Source: a virus (Duplodnaviria > Caudoviricetes). Taken from it: DNA of 61,196 bases. The stretch lies in IMG/VR virus record IMGVR_UViG_3300008952_000048, positions 1-61,196 of that record; one strand, 5' to 3'. The notes under the pieces were generated by a model, which was not told the DNA's origin, did not search any database, and saw only the letters and a list, made by a program, of their open reading frames with translations. Every line of letters begins with the position of its first letter. Within the stretch, counting starts at the first letter, position 1. Below are positions 58,220-61,196 of this stretch, piece after piece. The position numbers were made by a program, and so were the translations under genes.

Positions 58220-58749
58220 TGCCTGTTGAAGTTGAAATAGATCCTTCGGCTGAACCACAGCCAGAAAGGAAGGACGGCAAGCTTTCCTTTACGATGAACG
58301 CCCGTCGTTCACTCGGTGGCGATATTATGATTTTTGATCATATCGATATTGACATTGTATATGTACCAGGAACAAAGAAGCTGGTAACGTTTGCCAAAGA
58401 AATGCAAAATGACAATGTGTATGCTGCTCAGAATAGATTGTTTGATTACTTATCCAAGAAGGGTGTAATCCTCCCAGAGTCAGTGCAGGGCGGTAATGTT
58501 TACGGATCTCTCGAAGGTCAAGTTCCCAAGCCTGTCGGCGGCCTCGACGCCACGAAAGTTCTTATGATGAGCCTTGGAAAGTTTTTCGAAGAGGAGCGTC
58601 CATACTTTGCTTATGAAGAAGCCTATAAAGAAGAAGAAATTGATCATTGGGTCGACCCGACACCTGAAGATTCTACTGCTCTTGGCCAAGTCCCGCAGGC
58701 TGCCAAGAAGGGCTCCATTGGAAAACTGAGAGGATACTGGAACGTTTAA
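58219..58749 (+). CDS. hypothetical protein
   Basis: TAATG coupling on both sides, GGAGG upstream. Confidence 0.7.
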   Translation: MPVEVEIDPSAEPQPERKDGKLSFTMNARRSLGGDIMIFDHIDIDIVYVPGTKKLVTFAKEMQNDNVYAAQNRLFDYLSKKGVILPESVQGGNVYGSLEGQVPKPVGGLDATKVLMMSLGKFFEEERPYFAYEEAYKEEEIDHWVDPTPEDSTALGQVPQAAKKGSIGKLRGYWNV

Positions 58750-59090
58750 TGAACCTCTTGTTATTTGTTTTGTGTGCTTATGGCATGACACAAATCATCG
58801 TTTACGGAACTATATTTGAGAAATTTCGCCCCACCAACGGTTGGCTCTGCAAGCTTTTTTCTTGCACAATGTGTGTTGGATTCTGGGTTGGCCTATTTCT
58901 TTGGGGAATAAACGATTTCACAACACTATTTACCTTCGATAATAGCATCCTAACAGGGTTTTTGTTGGGATGTCTTTCCTCTGGAACGAGTTATATCTTG
59001 TGTCAGAGTTTTGGCGACGAGGGAATTAAGCATGAATTACATGACCAAAAGGTGGATGTTGCAACCAGTAAGACGCTGTTGCAAGGGTAA
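58749..59090 (+). CDS. DUF1360-like membrane protein with CxxC
   Basis: Hydrophobic helices and LFSCTMCVGFWVG. Confidence 0.65.
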   Translation: MNLLLFVLCAYGMTQIIVYGTIFEKFRPTNGWLCKLFSCTMCVGFWVGLFLWGINDFTTLFTFDNSILTGFLLGCLSSGTSYILCQSFGDEGIKHELHDQKVDVATSKTLLQG

Positions 59091-59121
59091 CATATCCGAG
59101 CGGGTTGTGCCCGCTCTTTGA
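59032..59121 (+). CDS. putative small peptide MNYMTKRWMLQPVRRCCKGNISERVVPAL
   Basis: 29-codon ORF below the track cut-off, preceded by GAGGG. It overlaps the end of the DUF1360-like gene and the hairpin. Confidence 0.3.
   Translation: MNYMTKRWMLQPVRRCCKGNISERVVPAL
59098..59119 (+). terminator. GC-rich hairpin with short T-tail upstream of the prohead protease
   Basis: GAGCGGG-TTGTG-CCCGCTC-TTT: perfect 7-bp stem. Confidence 0.5.
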
Positions 59122-59134
59122 AGTGGAGAGTTTG

Positions 59135-59752
59135 ATGTCGAAGTATTTACTTACTGAATATTATGAATTGTGTCCGAACGGGACATGCGAAGATCTGCTC
59201 ACCGAAGCTGAAAAGCAGATGGTGAAGGAAGGTACCATGTTTCTTACGGGCGTTATGCAACGAGCCGAATCAAAAAATGGAAACGGAAGAAGGTATCCAC
59301 GTCAAACTCTTCAAAGAGAAATTGAAAACTATAAGAAGATTATCCGAGATCGCCGCGCAGTTGGCGAGCTAGACCACCCAGACTCTGATGTGGTCAATCT
59401 TAAAAACACATCACACATTGTCACCGAGATTTGGTGGGATAATGATGACGTAAAAGGAAAAGTCCAAATTCTCAGCACCCCTTCCGGGCAAATTCTCCGG
59501 TCACTTGTCGATAGTGGCGTTAAACTTGGTATCTCATCTCGTGGATTAGGCTCCGTAGCAGACGCCGGGAATGGAGATACAATTGTTCAAGACGACTTTC
59601 AGTTGATATGTTTTGATTTTGTTTCTGAACCTTCGACAACTGGCGCCTTCATGGTGAAAGAGGGAAGAGAGAGGCAAGATAATGTGATCACCAAAGCTGA
59701 TAGAATTAATCGCGCCTTAAACGAAATTTTAAAACCTTGGGAGAGCAACTAG
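59135..59752 (+). CDS. prohead core protease (T4 gp21, peptidase S77-like)
   Basis: NGNGRRYP, GELDHP, SHI, TPSGQIL, GISSRGLGS, DFVSEPST; GGAG SD before ATG 59135. Confidence 0.93.
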   Translation: MSKYLLTEYYELCPNGTCEDLLTEAEKQMVKEGTMFLTGVMQRAESKNGNGRRYPRQTLQREIENYKKIIRDRRAVGELDHPDSDVVNLKNTSHIVTEIWWDNDDVKGKVQILSTPSGQILRSLVDSGVKLGISSRGLGSVADAGNGDTIVQDDFQLICFDFVSEPSTTGAFMVKEGRERQDNVITKADRINRALNEILKPWESN

Positions 59753-60469
59753 ATGCACATTAAAAAATCCAGACTACAACAAATTATTAAAGAAGAGGTA
59801 AACAACGCTAAGTTTATTGAGGTTAGGGAGGAAGAAATCATCGACCGTGGCCCCGCCTCAGAAGAAGAGGGAGACAATACTGTTTCACCAGACAATATTT
59901 CCCTGGATGAACTCATTACCCAGGAAGTCACAAACGCGATGGAGGGTCTTGGAGATTTTGCACCGTCGTCTGATCCGCTGGAGAACATAAAGACGAGATT
60001 GAAAAATAAAAATATGAATCCCGACAATGATATGGAGGCAGAAGTCAAAGATGAACTCGCCAACCACCCCCATCTGCGCGACAAGATCCTTACTTTTTAT
60101 TATGGCGAACTCGCGGATATCAATAAAAGAAAAATGCAGAGAGATACATCCGATGGCAAAGGTGTTGCCGAAGAAGGTTCCGCCAACGAGAGCGCCGACC
60201 ACAAGGGAGACAAGAAGCGCAGTGTTACTATTGATGTCAGTCCGTATGGAAAAACTGCCTCTCAAGATTACGAGAAAGTCGGCGGAGACCTTACCGAGAA
60301 GGAAGACTGGATCCAAAAGGCGAATCTCAAGAAGGGTGAGTGCGCCGATCCCGGCGATAGTGATTGTCCCGAAGGCTCACGTCAGTATAATTTGGCTATG
60401 AATTTTAAGCATGGCGCAATTCACAGGGCTAACCTCGCAAAAGGCAAAAACCCTAAAGGACCAGGGTGA
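59753..60469 (+). CDS. acidic head-internal/scaffold-like protein
   Basis: N-terminal IKKSRLQQIIKEEV, several (I/L)-X-E sites, DWIQKA motif. Confidence 0.6.
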   Translation: MHIKKSRLQQIIKEEVNNAKFIEVREEEIIDRGPASEEEGDNTVSPDNISLDELITQEVTNAMEGLGDFAPSSDPLENIKTRLKNKNMNPDNDMEAEVKDELANHPHLRDKILTFYYGELADINKRKMQRDTSDGKGVAEEGSANESADHKGDKKRSVTIDVSPYGKTASQDYEKVGGDLTEKEDWIQKANLKKGECADPGDSDCPEGSRQYNLAMNFKHGAIHRANLAKGKNPKGPG

Positions 60470-60480
60470 AAGGAAAGTAA

Positions 60481-60873
60481 ATGAAGAAAAGCGATCTTAA
60501 AAAAGTATTAAAACCAATCATTAAAGAGTGCATCAGAGAATCACTCTATGAAGAAGGATTATTGAAGAGCATCGTTGCTCAGGTTGTCGAAGGCTATTCC
60601 GAAGGAACAAAACCAATTGTGGAAAAGAAAGCCGTCGCACCCAAGCCCACCGATGAGCCAAAGCAGATGAGACTCAAGCTCGACGAGACAAAGAAAAAAA
60701 TGCTTAGTGCAATTGGCCAAGATGCCTATGGTGGTGTAAATGTGTTTGAAGGAACAACCCCAATGCGGTCGCAAGAACCGGCCGCCGGAAATGTGATGGA
60801 AGGAGTTGAGCCGGGAGATTCTGGTGTCGACATTTCTTCTCTCATGAACAATAGATGGGGAAAGCTAATCTAG
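60481..60873 (+). CDS. conserved head-module protein
   Basis: MKKSDLKKVLKPIIKECIRESLYEEG; AAGGA SD. Confidence 0.7.
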   Translation: MKKSDLKKVLKPIIKECIRESLYEEGLLKSIVAQVVEGYSEGTKPIVEKKAVAPKPTDEPKQMRLKLDETKKKMLSAIGQDAYGGVNVFEGTTPMRSQEPAAGNVMEGVEPGDSGVDISSLMNNRWGKLI

Positions 60874-60888
60874 AAAGGTTTAATTACA

Positions 60889-61110
60889 ATGGCAACAAAT
60901 GTTACAGTAAAAGCAAGAGCAGGAGAATCGTCGGAGAAAATGATAAAAAGATTCATGAAACAGATTAAGAAGTTCCGAATCATGGAGCAACTGAGGGAAC
61001 GAAGGTATTATCAAAAGAAATCGGACAAAGCTCGGTTAGCCAACAAAAAGGCCAAGCGGGATATCCAAAAGCAGAACGCCAAGAAAAAGGCTTTAGAGAG
61101 AAATGTATAA
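60889..61110 (+). CDS. rpsU: phage-encoded 30S ribosomal protein bS21
   Basis: VTVKARAGESSEKMIKRFMKQ..K..IMEQLRERRYYQKKS..RL..KKA matches bS21 (E..E..LRRFK...E.R.R..Y.KPS); 73 aa, basic. Confidence 0.88.
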   Translation: MATNVTVKARAGESSEKMIKRFMKQIKKFRIMEQLRERRYYQKKSDKARLANKKAKRDIQKQNAKKKALERNV

Positions 61111-61147
61111 GATTGGGATATAATTACCCAATAGACGGAGAAACGAC

Positions 61148-61196
61148 ATGGCAAACTATTATCAATATAAACCGGGACTAGGAGCAGTCGGACAGT
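61148..61196 (+). CDS. 5' end of next gene (truncated)
   Basis: GGAG SD followed by ATG; MANYYQYKPGLGAVGQ is open to the window end. Confidence 0.6.
   Translation, partial: MANYYQYKPGLGAVGQ

Noticed and set aside
59105-59134. Track start of the prohead protease at TTG 59105 (likewise 746, 5016, 5723, 48455, 51646, 57362)
   Set aside because: Downstream ATGs are better starts, most with an SD motif or stop-start overlap; 59105 lies in a hairpin loop.
1-61196. Numerous minus-strand and nested short ORFs in the six-frame track
   Set aside because: All lie opposite or inside well-supported + strand genes, lack recognisable motifs, and the + strand genes already tile the window.
1-61196. Genome-wide TAG reassignment (alternative genetic code)
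   Set aside because: Very long ORFs are intact in the standard code with no internal TAG, and TAG codons fall at the natural ends of full-length proteins such as GSII and the prohead protease.
1-61196. CRISPR array, tRNA, rRNA or large ncRNA
   Set aside because: No intergenic gap exceeds about 70 nt, and no repeat-spacer or cloverleaf pattern was seen.

Overview
This window is a 61 kb, densely coding fragment of a large T4-like (myovirus, probably jumbo) bacteriophage, and every credible gene lies on the + strand. From left to right it contains: (1) the end of a nucleotide-sugar/auxiliary metabolism cluster (SAM methyltransferase, a shortened DegT-family aminotransferase, GDP-mannose 4,6-dehydratase, HAD phosphatase, type II glutamine synthetase); (2) a gp55-like late sigma factor; (3) a ~41 kb baseplate/tail/receptor-binding module (M15 peptidase hub protein, 2580-aa protein, gp25, gp6/J, DNRLRE, LamG, tail fibre, a YWTD-propeller plus MAM protein, an FG-GAP-containing 2171-aa protein and fibre-attachment-like proteins); (4) RuvC-like resolvase, primase and a fused Mre11-Rad50 (gp47-gp46), with near-perfect sigma70 promoters; (5) a possible lysis cassette and an Hc1-like protein; (6) terminase, portal, prohead protease, head proteins and a phage-encoded ribosomal protein bS21. 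The most notable signal is a pervasive [S/T]-[G/A/S]-S tripeptide shared by unrelated outer virion proteins next to a sugar-biosynthesis cluster, a candidate virion glycosylation system. Also notable are animal-receptor-like domains nested inside one another in virion proteins, a recurrent CTA(T/A)TTA late-promoter motif, and SD/sigma70 signals that suggest a non-Bacteroidota host for a bS21 phage. All assignments come from motif recognition by eye; no searches were run.
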